Source: an uncultured Clostridia bacterium
GTDB lineage: Bacteria > Bacillota > Clostridia > Christensenellales > Borkfalkiaceae
Direction of reading: 5' to 3'
Assembly: GCA_944342055.1 (NCBI GenBank)
Contig: CALVME010000102.1
Span: 1-56,712, forward strand
DNA: 56,712 bases
The notes under the pieces are model-generated. The model saw only the letters and a program-made list of their open reading frames with translations, ran no database searches and was not told the origin of the DNA. Within the stretch, counting starts at the first letter, position 1, and the number at the start of each line of letters is the position of its first letter. Positions 44,052 to 53,217 of this stretch are shown piece by piece. The position numbers and the translations under genes are program-made.

Positions 44052-44866
44052 AGTTCCGTACCTCCTCCCCACTGACTCATTTTATAGAATAGTTTGTCAT
44101 AGAAATTTTTTTCTTCCCGCGTTAGGAAGTCGACCGTGAAATCTGCTTTCGTGACGGTTAGTTGCGTTTGATCTGTCATTGTTCCCGCTCTTTTTCCGTC
44201 GCAATAGACGTCTGCCGTATAGCCGCTTGAAAGCGAAATGGTCAACTCGCGTTTGTCGTTGTAGACGATCGGACGACTTTTGAGCGTATGCGCGCATATC
44301 GGAGTTGCCATGAAAGCGTCCATATCCGGCGATAAAATCGCTCCTCCGGCGGAAAGGGCGTAAGCGGTCGAACCTGTTGGCGTGCATACGATCAATCCGT
44401 CTGCGGCATAGCGATCTAAAAGCTTCCCGTCGATCTCCGCCCGCAAAGCTATGATCTGTCGATGTACCGTGTCATCGTGCCTTCTTTGGATGACCACTTC
44501 ATTGAGGGCATAAAAGTCTTTGTTATCCAACGAGATCTTCATGGCGCTGCGTTTGTCTGTTTTCAGCGCGCCGGAAGAAAGAAAGTGAATGACTTCTCTC
44601 CACTCCCCGCATTCGAATTCGGTCAGAAAACCCAAATGCCCATAATTCACCCCTACAATGCGGATGCCTCGTTGTCCGCATGCGATCGCGGCGGAAAGCA
44701 TGGTCCCGTCTCCGCCCAAGACGACCAGAACGTCTACGCCCTTGATCGCGTTGACGCTGGTAATGGTCGTGACTTCGAATCCGTCTGATTTTAATGCTTC
44801 CGATAAGATGAGAGCCATTTTTTGGCTTTCAGGCACTGTTTTATAGTAATATATTCCGAGTTTCAT
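44048..44866 (-). CDS. nadK: NAD kinase
   Basis: ORF 44048-44926 (GTG) trimmed to ATG 44866. VVLGGDGTML and GHLGFL motifs, TPTGSTAYALSAGG. Confidence 0.85.
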   Translation of the reverse strand: MKLGIYYYKTVPESQKMALILSEALKSDGFEVTTITSVNAIKGVDVLVVLGGDGTMLSAAIACGQRGIRIVGVNYGHLGFLTEFECGEWREVIHFLSSGALKTDKRSAMKISLDNKDFYALNEVVIQRRHDDTVHRQIIALRAEIDGKLLDRYAADGLIVCTPTGSTAYALSAGGAILSPDMDAFMATPICAHTLKSRPIVYNDKRELTISLSSGYTADVYCDGKRAGTMTDQTQLTVTKADFTVDFLTREEKNFYDKLFYKMSQWGGGTEL

Positions 44867-44873
44867 CCCACAT

Positions 44874-44902
44874 ATTATACAACATATTGTATAATTATGC
44901 AA
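44874..44902 (-). promoter_or_regulatory. candidate sigma-A promoter abutting the nadK ATG
   Basis: Minus strand: TTGCAT (44902-44897), 17 nt, TATAAT (44879-44874), then 7 nt (ATGTGGG) to ATG 44866. No clear SD. Confidence 0.5.
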
Positions 44903-44926
44903 TAAGGAAATAAAAAAAAGTGGCAC

Positions 44927-45697
44927 TCATATGAGATTTTTTGCCACTTCCGAAATCTGATAGGATGTCATCCCCTGTTGTGCCTCTTTTTTGAGCCAAA
45001 CCATATATTCGACGTTCTTTTTTTCTGTCAGCGGAGCATTGACAAGCCCTTGCGGTATGAGTCCTTGTTCGGTCGCAAACGCGCAAATGTCTTCAACGAT
45101 CTTTATCCGTTTCCTGGAGTCTTTTAAAATACCGCCTTTTCCGATCTCTCTGCCGCATTCGAACTGCGGCTTGATGAGCGCATAAGCTTCTCCGTCTTTC
45201 GGTAAAAGCAGGGAGACGACGGGCAAAAGATGAGTCAGAGAAATAAAACTGACGTCTACCGAAACGGCGTCGAGCGCGTCCGGAAAGTCGTCTCTCGTTA
45301 AATACCGCGCATTGGTATTTTCCATCCGCACGATTCGCGGATCGTTTTGCAACGTTTTGTCGAGCAGGCTTTCGCCGACATCGATCGCATAAACTTTTCG
45401 GACGCCGTTCTGTAAGAGGCAATCGGTAAATCCTCCCGTGCTGGCCCCGATGTCGGCAACGGTTTTTCCCTTCAAAGATATGGGATATTTTGTCAATAAA
45501 CGATGGAGTTTATATCCTCCGTTTGAGACGAAATGCGTTTCTTCCTGCAAAAAAATAAACGTTTCGTCCCCGTTGACGGGATCGGACGGAGATAGCGCTT
45601 TCCCGTTTTTTAAAACAAGACCGCGGGCTAGCGCTTGGGCGGCTTTGCTGCGTGAGCCAAAATGTGTTGCGAAAAATTTATCTGCGCGTTCACTCAT
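44927..45697 (-). CDS. tlyA: TlyA family rRNA 2'-O-methyltransferase
   Basis: S4-like N-terminus and FtsJ-type SAM motif VADIGASTGGFTDCLL. Confidence 0.85.
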   Translation of the reverse strand: MSERADKFFATHFGSRSKAAQALARGLVLKNGKALSPSDPVNGDETFIFLQEETHFVSNGGYKLHRLLTKYPISLKGKTVADIGASTGGFTDCLLQNGVRKVYAIDVGESLLDKTLQNDPRIVRMENTNARYLTRDDFPDALDAVSVDVSFISLTHLLPVVSLLLPKDGEAYALIKPQFECGREIGKGGILKDSRKRIKIVEDICAFATEQGLIPQGLVNAPLTEKKNVEYMVWLKKEAQQGMTSYQISEVAKNLI

Positions 45698-47411
45698 TTC
45701 GTTCTGAGCAGTCTACGATCAAACTGCGTATCTCCTCTTCATCGACGCCGTTCTCCTTCATCAATGCGGCAACGGAGCCTTGCGGGATGAACCGATCCTG
45801 ATAAGCGAACGGATAAACTTTTTTTTCTGTATTGCAGTAGTATGCGGCTACGCTTTCACCGAAACCGCCGAGCAACATGTTGTCTTCCAGCGTTATGATT
45901 GTTTTGGCGGCGATCGAATCGAGCATGGAAGTATCGAGAGGCTTTACAAAACGCGCATTGATGATGGTGAAAGGTTTTCCGCCCTGCTTTAATTGCGCAA
46001 AGATATGTTTTGCAAGCGAAAGCATGCGCTCTCCGACGGCCAAAACGGCAACGTCGCTGTCTGCCTGCTCCAGGATTTCCCAACTCCCCCATGCGAAGTC
46101 GTTTTGATTGAATATTACTTTGCTTTCGCGCGGGTAGCGGATTGCGAGCGGATGCGGAAAATCCACGCTTTTTTTCAGGGCGAGCACAAATTCTGCCTGA
46201 TCTTTCGGAACAAATACGGTCAGGTTGGGAATCGGTTTCAGATAGGAGAGATCGAAGACGCCTTGATGTGTTTCGCCGTCTGCTCCGGAAATTCCGCCTC
46301 TGTCGATGCAAAAGACGACGGGAAGATCCATAGAGCAGGCATCGACGATGATCTCGTCATAAGCGCGCTGCAGGAATGTGGAGTAGATGACGTAATATGG
46401 CTTCATGCCGGAAGCTGCCAGGGACGTGCACAAAACACAGGCGTGTTCTTCGCAGATGCCTACGTCAAACGCACGTTCGGGATATTGACTGAAGAATCCG
46501 TTCAATCCGAGGCCGTCCGTCATTGCTGCGGTAACGGCAACGATATTCTCCCTTTCTGAGGCGAGATCGGACAGAACGGTTCCCAAAACTTGTCCGTATT
46601 CTCCCGTTTTGATAAAATTGCAGGGAGGTACGCCGTGCGTATCGGCAGGATGTTCCTCACAAAAACGATAGCCTCTCCCTTTTTGAGACACGACGTGCAA
46701 GATCACGGATTCCCGTTTCAGAAGTTCTTTGACTTGCTCCATGGAATCGATCATTTCATCGAGATTGTTTGCGTCCCGTACCCCCACATAACGAAGACCG
46801 AAATGCTCAAAGAGCGGCACGTCCTGTACGCTCGCCTGTTTTTTAATGTCGCTTAAGAAAGCATGCATGCCGCCGACCGTCGGAGAGATCGACATGCCGT
46901 TGTCGTTCAGAATAATTAAAATGCGTGTTTTGAGTATCTTTAGGCTGTTGAGTGCTTCGTAGACAAGGCCGTTGTTGAATGAACCGTCTCCGATCAATGC
47001 GATAACGTTATAATTTTCTCTCTTCAAATCCCGAGCTTTTGCGATGCCCAGCGCCGCCGAAACAGAAGTCCCCGCGTGACCCGTGTTGTAACAGTCATAT
47101 TCGCTTTCCTCTCGTTTCGGAAAGCCTGAAAGTCCCCCTTTTTGTCTCAGAGTGGAAAAGGCGTCGTAACGTCCGCTGAGTATTTTATGCGCATAACACT
47201 GATGTCCTACGTCAAAAACAATCTTATCCTGCGGGAAGTCAAAACAATAATGTAACGCGACGGTCAATTCTACCACGCCGAGATTGGAAGCGAGATGACC
47301 GCCGCAATTTAATACCGTATCTTTGATTGTTTCCCGAAGGTGGTCGCAAAGGACATTGAGTTCATCTCGGGTGTATTTTTTTATGTCGGAAGGCTGAAAA
47401 TGATCAAACAT
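45690..47411 (-). CDS. dxs: 1-deoxy-D-xylulose-5-phosphate synthase
   Basis: TPP motif LIGDGSFNNGLVYEALN, GHAGTSVSAALG, and a transketolase-like C-terminal half. AAGGAAA SD. Confidence 0.9.
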   Translation of the reverse strand: MFDHFQPSDIKKYTRDELNVLCDHLRETIKDTVLNCGGHLASNLGVVELTVALHYCFDFPQDKIVFDVGHQCYAHKILSGRYDAFSTLRQKGGLSGFPKREESEYDCYNTGHAGTSVSAALGIAKARDLKRENYNVIALIGDGSFNNGLVYEALNSLKILKTRILIILNDNGMSISPTVGGMHAFLSDIKKQASVQDVPLFEHFGLRYVGVRDANNLDEMIDSMEQVKELLKRESVILHVVSQKGRGYRFCEEHPADTHGVPPCNFIKTGEYGQVLGTVLSDLASERENIVAVTAAMTDGLGLNGFFSQYPERAFDVGICEEHACVLCTSLAASGMKPYYVIYSTFLQRAYDEIIVDACSMDLPVVFCIDRGGISGADGETHQGVFDLSYLKPIPNLTVFVPKDQAEFVLALKKSVDFPHPLAIRYPRESKVIFNQNDFAWGSWEILEQADSDVAVLAVGERMLSLAKHIFAQLKQGGKPFTIINARFVKPLDTSMLDSIAAKTIITLEDNMLLGGFGESVAAYYCNTEKKVYPFAYQDRFIPQGSVAALMKENGVDEEEIRSLIVDCSERNE

Positions 47412-47558
47412 GGTGTTTCCTTAACGAAAATCGTAGAATGGCCTCGCGGCAAGTGCAAATTGCCGCATACTGTTTGCAAATATGCTCGCTTCTTGTCCGA
47501 TGACGCGCGTTTGTTAAAAAAATCAACGCGTCGGGATGTATTGTCGTGCTGCTTTTGC

Positions 47559-47609
47559 GCAAACGCAGGCGTTTGCCGCATTATAACATGAAAGAAGAAA
47601 AGAAGGCAA
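47559..47609 (-). promoter_or_regulatory. candidate dxs promoter with a perfect 18-bp palindrome at the start site
   Basis: Minus strand: TTGCCT (47609-47604), 18 nt, TGtTATAAT (-10 at 47585-47580). It is followed after 3 nt by GCAAACGC-CT-GCGTTTGC (47576-47559). Confidence 0.45.
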
Positions 47610-47644
47610 GAAAACGGCGTATGTTCGTTTCAGGTGCTTTTTTG

Positions 47645-48520
47645 TTATTTTCGCCTGTTTTTAACAAAATCCACAAGCTCATGCAGGAATGCGGTATCTT
47701 TCGGGATGCCCTCCAATATCTGATTGCATTGCGCGGCAAGCAGATCCGCTCGGACTTTGCATTCGGAAAGGCCATAGAATTTAACGGCAGTCAGTTTGTT
47801 TTGTTTTGCGTCTTTTCCAATGCTTTTGCCCAATTCTTCAAAAGTGCTTTCGCTGTCCAAGATATCGTCCGTCAGCTGAAACAGATCTCCGAGAACGCTG
47901 CTGAATTGCTCCAACTCCAGCATGTATTTCCCTTCTGACAGAATGGATGCCGCCAGAATTGCCGCAGAAATCAGCTTTCCTGTCTTGTTTGTGTAGATGA
48001 ACTCCAGGTCTTCCTGGGAATAGTCTTCTTTTTCGGAAAAATACAAATCGGCGGATTGCCCTGCGATCGTTCCGTTTATGCCTGCGCAATGTGCGAGATA
48101 TCTTGCCGCTTCAACTTGATTGTAGCCTTTCAGACATTCCTTCAAGACGATCTCGAACGCCGTGTTCAGAAGTGCGTCTCCCGCCAGAATGGCGTTCCCC
48201 TCTCCGAATTTTTTATGGTTGGAAAGATTGCCTCTGCGATAATCGTCGTTATCCATTCCGGGGAGATCGTCGTGGATGAGCGTATAGGTGTGGATCATCT
48301 CAAGCGCTATGGCATAAGGCATGATATCCCCTCTCTTCCCTCCGAGCATTTCGTTTACGGCGAGCATCAGCACGGGGCGGATGCGCTTTCCCCCAAGCAA
48401 CAGGGAATACGTCATGCTTTCTTTCAGGACGGTGGGTTGCGTATGCAGCTCATCGCAATATTGCTTCAAAGCAGTTTCAAAATCGTTGTAATAACGCGTG
48501 TAATTATCTTGAAATGACAT
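47645..48520 (-). CDS. ispA: polyprenyl (farnesyl/geranylgeranyl) diphosphate synthase
   Basis: ORF trimmed to ATG 48520 behind AGGAGAG. First and second Asp-rich motifs [17 protein letters not shown] and QLTDDILD. Confidence 0.85.
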   Translation of the reverse strand: MSFQDNYTRYYNDFETALKQYCDELHTQPTVLKESMTYSLLLGGKRIRPVLMLAVNEMLGGKRGDIMPYAIALEMIHTYTLIHDDLPGMDNDDYRRGNLSNHKKFGEGNAILAGDALLNTAFEIVLKECLKGYNQVEAARYLAHCAGINGTIAGQSADLYFSEKEDYSQEDLEFIYTNKTGKLISAAILAASILSEGKYMLELEQFSSVLGDLFQLTDDILDSESTFEELGKSIGKDAKQNKLTAVKFYGLSECKVRADLLAAQCNQILEGIPKDTAFLHELVDFVKNRRK

Positions 48521-49349
48521 TTTCTCTCCTAACGGCTGCATAATAGGTATTCCAAAGCAACATGGTGATGGTCATGGGACCGACGCCGCCCGGAACCGGG
48601 GTCAGATAAGAGGCTTTGTTGGCTGCGGAAGGATGGACATCTCCGCAAAGTTTGCCGTTTTCATTCCTGTTGATTCCGACATCTATGACGACCGCATTTT
48701 CCTTTATCATATCTTCCGTCACAAAGTTAGCCTTTCCGATTGCCGAAATTAAAATGTCTGCTTCCGCACAGATTTCTTTCAGCATCTTTGTTTTGCTGTG
48801 ACATACAGTGACGGTGGCGTCTGCGTTTAACAGCAGCATCGCCATCGGTTTTCCGACGATATTTGATCTTCCCAGTACCACAGCGCGCTTGCCTGCTACG
48901 GATATGCCTTCCCGTTCAAGCAGTTTCATGACGCCGAACGGCGTGCAGGAAACGGTCGCGGGAGTGCCTTTTGCAAGCAAACCCAAATTTTCTGCGCCGA
49001 ACCCGTCCACGTCTTTTTCGGGCAAGATCGCTTTCAGTGCGCGATCGGTGTCAATGTGTTTGGGGAGAGGCAATTGCACCAGGATACCGTGCACTCTTTC
49101 GTCTTCGTTGAGAGAAGCGATCAGTTCAAGCAATTCGCTTTCTTTTGCGTCCTGCGGCAAACGGTAAGCAAAGGAAAAGATCCCTACTTCCTCGCATGCC
49201 TTGATCTTATTGCGCACGTACACCTGCGAAGCGGGATCGTCCCCGACCAGGATTACGGCAAGCCCGATTTTTTTGGCTTGAGCGGCAATTTTTTCTTTCA
49301 ATTCTTCGCGCATTGCCTGAGAATGCGCTTTTCCGTCTATCAGTTTCAT
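48504..49349 (-). CDS. folD: bifunctional methylenetetrahydrofolate dehydrogenase/cyclohydrolase
   Basis: Start is ATG 49349, or TTG 49355 overlapping the nusB stop. LIDGK N-terminus, [34 protein letters not shown]. Confidence 0.9.
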   Translation of the reverse strand: MKLIDGKAHSQAMREELKEKIAAQAKKIGLAVILVGDDPASQVYVRNKIKACEEVGIFSFAYRLPQDAKESELLELIASLNEDERVHGILVQLPLPKHIDTDRALKAILPEKDVDGFGAENLGLLAKGTPATVSCTPFGVMKLLEREGISVAGKRAVVLGRSNIVGKPMAMLLLNADATVTVCHSKTKMLKEICAEADILISAIGKANFVTEDMIKENAVVIDVGINRNENGKLCGDVHPSAANKASYLTPVPGGVGPMTITMLLWNTYYAAVRRENVISR

Positions 49350-49351
49350 TT

Positions 49352-49741
49352 TCAATTGATCAATGTTGCCAGAACGCCGTTGACAAAGTCTGCACTCGTT
49401 TCCGAAGAAAATTTTTTCGCAAGGCCTGCCGCCTCGTTGACGGAGACGACGTTCGGCACATCATCGAAGTAAAGGATTTCCGCCATCGCGATCAGTAAAA
49501 CGCTTTTGTCTGCGGCGAAAAGGCGGCTCAGAGTGTAACTTTTTACGATTTCCTGAAGTCGAGCAAGGAGTTCCTGTTCGTGTTCGGAGACCGTTCGGAA
49601 AATTCGTTCCGCGTATGCGGCCTCCTCTTCTTTTAATGGATAGTTTCTATATACGGATTGTCTGAATGACGGCGTGCAGTCCCGATTGAACTGCATGGAA
49701 TAAATGATTTTGAACGCCGCTTCTCGAGCATCGCTTCTCAT
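49352..49741 (-). CDS. nusB: transcription antitermination factor NusB
   Basis: 129 aa. [10 protein letters not shown]-terminus and [11 protein letters not shown]...FVNGVL C-terminal blocks. Confidence 0.85.
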   Translation of the reverse strand: MRSDAREAAFKIIYSMQFNRDCTPSFRQSVYRNYPLKEEEAAYAERIFRTVSEHEQELLARLQEIVKSYTLSRLFAADKSVLLIAMAEILYFDDVPNVVSVNEAAGLAKKFSSETSADFVNGVLATLIN

Positions 49742-49766
49742 AGTATTTTTTCCTTCTTATTTATGC

Positions 49767-49799
49767 CAAAACCCCTCCGTACGAACGGGGAGGGATTTT
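49767..49799 (-). terminator. intrinsic terminator after the asp23-like gene
   Basis: Minus strand: CCCTCCCCG-TTCGTA-CGGAGGGG followed by TTTTGG. Confidence 0.75.
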
Positions 49800-49805
49800 G
49801 GAAAA

Positions 49806-50162
49806 TTATTCGTTTGGCTGAGGCGCAACTTCCGATTCCTCGTTCAGGAACTGTACGCCCTGAATGTGTACGTCAACTTTTGCTACGTGATACTTGGTCA
49901 TGGATTCGACATTGTGCTTGATCGCCTGTTGAATGCGGAACGCAAGTTCGGGAATATTGAACCCGTAATTTACGACGACAGAAACGTCGGCAAACACGCC
50001 GTCCTTTTCAAAATATAGGCGGATGCCCTTTCTTTTTCCCGGCAGGAGCGCTACGCCCTCGATCTCCGAAATGGCGAGCGCAACGATGCCGCTGATAATA
50101 CCCGTATTGTAGGATACTTTGCCGTTTTGTCCGTCACCGGAAGGATACCGAAAAATTGCCAT
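49806..50162 (-). CDS. Asp23/Gls24 family envelope stress protein
   Basis: 118 aa. IIAGIVALAISEIEGV and KVDVHIQGV are typical Asp23 blocks. AAGGAG SD. Canonical position upstream of nusB. Confidence 0.8.
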   Translation of the reverse strand: MAIFRYPSGDGQNGKVSYNTGIISGIVALAISEIEGVALLPGKRKGIRLYFEKDGVFADVSVVVNYGFNIPELAFRIQQAIKHNVESMTKYHVAKVDVHIQGVQFLNEESEVAPQPNE

Positions 50163-50219
50163 ATTGATGACTCCTTACTTTTTATCCTTCCCTATTATAG
50201 CACAACTTTTTAGAAATTT

Positions 50220-50711
50220 CTACTGTTTTTCAATATTTTCCGAGTAAACAGGCATAATTATTATGTTTCCCGCGACGATGCCGGTCTCTTCTTTCAAAAG
50301 ATGGTAGATGGACAGGGCCGTGTCGTAATCCAGTTCGGATGCGTTGATGAATACGTTGACGTTATCTGTGTCGTACCCGATAGAGACAACGGCATCCGCA
50401 AATCCCAACGACTTGATCATGGTTTCAAGTTGCAGTTCGTTTTCCATCATGTTTACGATTTTCAGCTTCATCGCGACGGCTTCGTTGTATTTATCGGTTC
50501 CCTCCTCATAGAGGGCAATGACGCTGTCAAGCTGCATGAATTCTTCGTTGCGGGAAGTGCTGCGTTCGGAGCGATAAGTGGTAAAATAGTTAGCGCTCAC
50601 CGTTGCGCCCTCTTTTTCTTCCGCGCCGGCAAGCACGAAATTGAACACCGCCGTGACAGCCAGAAGTGCTACGAGACACGACATTACGATAATTTTCTTT
50701 TTGTTTGACAT
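50220..50711 (-). CDS. spoIIIAH: stage III sporulation protein AH
   Basis: N-terminal TM, then a soluble domain. It is the last gene of the spoIIIA cluster. AAGGAG SD. Confidence 0.7.
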   Translation of the reverse strand: MSNKKKIIVMSCLVALLAVTAVFNFVLAGAEEKEGATVSANYFTTYRSERSTSRNEEFMQLDSVIALYEEGTDKYNEAVAMKLKIVNMMENELQLETMIKSLGFADAVVSIGYDTDNVNVFINASELDYDTALSIYHLLKEETGIVAGNIIIMPVYSENIEKQ

Positions 50712-50726
50712 GAATTTATCTCCTTA

Positions 50727-51062
50727 TTATTTCATTTCACAAATTTGAATGCTGCTTTGGGGAATGTTCAGCGCCGTCGATACCACATTTAGGATATCGA
50801 TCCTGACGCCAATGTCGTTCGCCCCTTCGCATATCACGATCGCGCCTATGGCGTTGCCGCCCGTTTCGCTTACAAAGACGGAAAAATCTCCGACCCCGTC
50901 AATGCTTTTGATGATCGATTCCAATCTGCTTTCCAGATCGCTTTTCGTTTCCGAGCCAAATGCATTGCCGCCGACGATCAGCAGCATGGCGAGACAGAGC
51001 AACAGCACAAGCAGAACCGGGAAATATTTCCAATTCCGCATTCGCTCAAAGAGATGTTTCAT
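50727..51062 (-). CDS. spoIIIAG: stage III sporulation protein AG (unusually short, 111 aa)
   Basis: TM helix, then LESRLESIIKSIDGVGDFSVFV...IGAIVICEGAND...ILNVVSTALNIPQSSIQI, which matches the conserved ends of the SpoIIIAG ring-forming domain. Sits between AF and AH. Confidence 0.65.
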   Translation of the reverse strand: MKHLFERMRNWKYFPVLLVLLLCLAMLLIVGGNAFGSETKSDLESRLESIIKSIDGVGDFSVFVSETGGNAIGAIVICEGANDIGVRIDILNVVSTALNIPQSSIQICEMK

Positions 51063-51498
51063 AACAAACCTCTACGCCGTACTTATTTTCAAGATACGCC
51101 TTGATGCGATCGATAGTATTTATATGCGCGGCAGAATCGTTCATGCCTTGCAGAGAAAAAATTATTCTGCGAAGTTCAGAGCGAAATACTTCGACGCGCA
51201 CCCGGCAGACAACGGAAAACCTTTCTTCTGCGTCTTGCTCAATTGCGGTCGCCACATCTTGGGACACCAGATCATCGCAATGATCGAGGTAGGAAGAATC
51301 CAGCTCGATCTGCAGATCGGAAGGCTCCGTCTGCGGAAACTGACGAAGCCAGGAAGCGACGGGCGCAACAAACACCGCCAAACAGCAAAGTTTCAAGATG
51401 CCGATCAAAAATTTGTTTGTCTTCCCCGAAGGAAGAATTTGCGTCAGGAGTGCGGACAGAAGCGTCGCGCCGCAGACGGATAAAAAGTATTCGCTCAA
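51046..51498 (-). CDS. spoIIIAF: stage III sporulation protein AF
   Basis: Only the C-terminal 150 codons of ORF 51046-51930 are used. TTG start at 51498 overlaps the spoIIIAE stop (TTGA), with GGAGG 6 nt upstream. Two N-terminal TM helices. Confidence 0.65.
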   Translation of the reverse strand: MSEYFLSVCGATLLSALLTQILPSGKTNKFLIGILKLCCLAVFVAPVASWLRQFPQTEPSDLQIELDSSYLDHCDDLVSQDVATAIEQDAEERFSVVCRVRVEVFRSELRRIIFSLQGMNDSAAHINTIDRIKAYLENKYGVEVCYETSL

Positions 51499-52655
51499 AA
51501 GACACCTCCGGAACAGACAAAAAGCAAAACAGTCAAAAAATACAGGAAAGCGACGCAAAGAAGCCCTGCCAAAATGTAATGGAGGCTTGCCGCCGTTTCC
51601 TTCAGAACGGATGTCAATCCCGTCTCGGTCAGTTCGGCAAGCCCCGACAAAAGTTTCAGCAAAAGATCTACGGCAAACAAAGAGCAGACGGGCGCAAACG
51701 TTACGGCGACGATCATCAGAATGCTTAAATTCCCCAAAGAATTTTTCAAAAGGATGCTCCCCGCTATCGCGAGATCGAATCCCCCCGATAAAAAGCCGCC
51801 CACAATGGGGACGGAATTGCCGATGGCGTACTTGATCGCCTTGACGGAAATGCCGTCGTATTGTGCGGAAGTGAATCCCTGTACGGTGAGAAAAATGCTG
51901 AAGGACGCAAGAGAAATGCCGAGCACCCATTTGTTGAGGCTTTGCAGTACGCTTTGAAATCCTCGAAAACGAAATTCTGCGGAAATGTTCCCTATGACAG
52001 ACATAACAAGCAAAACAATGGCGCAGGGATATATTATGTCAGATATAATATCAATGATTCCCGAAGAAAGGAATGCGACTGCGGGCTGATAAATTCCAAC
52101 GGAAACGGTCCCTCCGCTCGCCGCCATCATGGTCAGCAGAAGCGGAAAAGTGATTTCCATTTGCGTTTTGAGCGAAGATATGGTATCCGAGGCACTCTGT
52201 ACTACGTTCAACGCGACGGAAAGCAATATCACGAGCACGGCCCCGTAACACGCCATGTGAATGGTGTTTGTCGTCGTTTGTGAGAGCAGCGAGCCTTTGA
52301 GTTGCATCAGGACGCCGTATAAAAGAAGAATTGCGGCGATGACGGCGAAGGAAGGTAAAAACGCGGAGATGTCGGAAAAGACTGCCGCAAAAAAATATTG
52401 CGGAAAAGATTGATACTCCACTCCGAGATCGCCCGTTGCGATGCGGATCAGAAGCGACTTGAGGTCGCTTGAGTCCGTTAATTTCAGAGATGAAAAATAA
52501 GATTCCAGATCGTCCAGATCCGCTTCGTCGATCAGTGACCCCAGTTGATCGGAAAGCCCGTCTTCTTCCGCAAGCGCCGTTATCGAAGGGAAGGAAATCG
52601 AAAAAAGAAGAACGATTGCCGCCGCGAGCGGAATCAGACGAAGGCGAGAAAACAT
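51495..52655 (-). CDS. spoIIIAE: stage III sporulation protein AE
   Basis: ORF 51495-52721 (TTG) trimmed to ATG 52655 (signal-like MFSRLRLIPLAAAIVLLF). Polytopic membrane protein of SpoIIIAE size. Confidence 0.75.
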   Translation of the reverse strand: MFSRLRLIPLAAAIVLLFSISFPSITALAEEDGLSDQLGSLIDEADLDDLESYFSSLKLTDSSDLKSLLIRIATGDLGVEYQSFPQYFFAAVFSDISAFLPSFAVIAAILLLYGVLMQLKGSLLSQTTTNTIHMACYGAVLVILLSVALNVVQSASDTISSLKTQMEITFPLLLTMMAASGGTVSVGIYQPAVAFLSSGIIDIISDIIYPCAIVLLVMSVIGNISAEFRFRGFQSVLQSLNKWVLGISLASFSIFLTVQGFTSAQYDGISVKAIKYAIGNSVPIVGGFLSGGFDLAIAGSILLKNSLGNLSILMIVAVTFAPVCSLFAVDLLLKLLSGLAELTETGLTSVLKETAASLHYILAGLLCVAFLYFLTVLLFVCSGGVF

Positions 52656-53020
52656 TGAATGAGCTCCAGAAGACTTTTTACGATGGGAACCGATAAGAGC
52701 AGTATCATGATTTTGCCGCAAAGCACCACCTTATCCGCTACGGATGGCGAGCCGAATTCCGAAATCAGTTGCGATGAAAATTCAGTCAGATAGCCGATCC
52801 CGATCATTTTCAGAAGGAGTTTGATCAGAGAAGCGTCCAGCCCCGTCGTATCGGCGATTTCCCAAAATACCGAAACGGTATCTTTCAGCAGATCCACTGC
52901 GCAAAGCAGCAAGATAATTCCGCCGCAGATAGTTACGGCAAAGGCAAGGTCCGGCTTTAAAGATTTCAACAACATTGCGGCGATCGCGGTGACCAGGCCG
53001 ACGGAAACGATCTGTATCAT
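52634..53020 (-). CDS. spoIIIAD: stage III sporulation protein AD
   Basis: 128-aa four-TM protein (MIQIVSVGLVTAIAAMLLKSLKPD...) matching SpoIIIAD. Confidence 0.8.
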   Translation of the reverse strand: MIQIVSVGLVTAIAAMLLKSLKPDLAFAVTICGGIILLLCAVDLLKDTVSVFWEIADTTGLDASLIKLLLKMIGIGYLTEFSSQLISEFGSPSVADKVVLCGKIMILLLSVPIVKSLLELIQCFLAFV

Positions 53021-53217
53021 CCGTATATCTGAAAAATACCGTTGATCTCTTCAAACAGATCGCCGATCATCTGTACGACGACGGTGAGAACGATAACAAG
53101 TCCCACCAAACTGACTACCGTCGCTATGTCGTCCCGATCTGACTTTTTAAGGATTTGGCAAATGACGGTGACGATCAGTCCGACGGCGGCGATTTTAAAT
53201 AAAATTCCGATATTCAT
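53017..53217 (-). CDS. spoIIIAC: stage III sporulation protein AC
   Basis: 66-aa two-TM protein MNIGILFKIAAVGLIVTVICQILKKSDRDD... ATGA overlaps on both sides. Confidence 0.8.
   Translation of the reverse strand: MNIGILFKIAAVGLIVTVICQILKKSDRDDIATVVSLVGLVIVLTVVVQMIGDLFEEINGIFQIYG

Noticed and set aside
44867-44926. N-terminal extensions offered by the ORF track. Examples: nadK from GTG 44926, lexA from 28207, pstB from 12661, ytfJ from 30350, acyltransferase from 34087, dacB-like from 39390.
   Set aside because: The extensions translate promoter or intergenic sequence or the 3' end of the upstream gene, and they lack SD sites. The internal ATG/GTG/TTG chosen has an SD or stop-start overlap and gives the family-typical N-terminus.
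47412-47644. TPP riboswitch in the dxs leader (Dxs is a TPP enzyme).
   Set aside because: Neither strand contains the conserved CUGAGA / ACCUGAUCUGGAUAAUGCCAGCG-type elements. The hairpins are simple palindromes.
51046-51930. 294-aa ORF spanning the spoIIIAE-spoIIIAF junction.
   Set aside because: Its N-terminal 144 residues (arginine-rich, RHFRQGDQVRHRQFRPHCGRL...) overlap spoIIIAE out of frame. Only the last 150 codons, starting at TTG 51498 behind GGAGG, look like SpoIIIAF.
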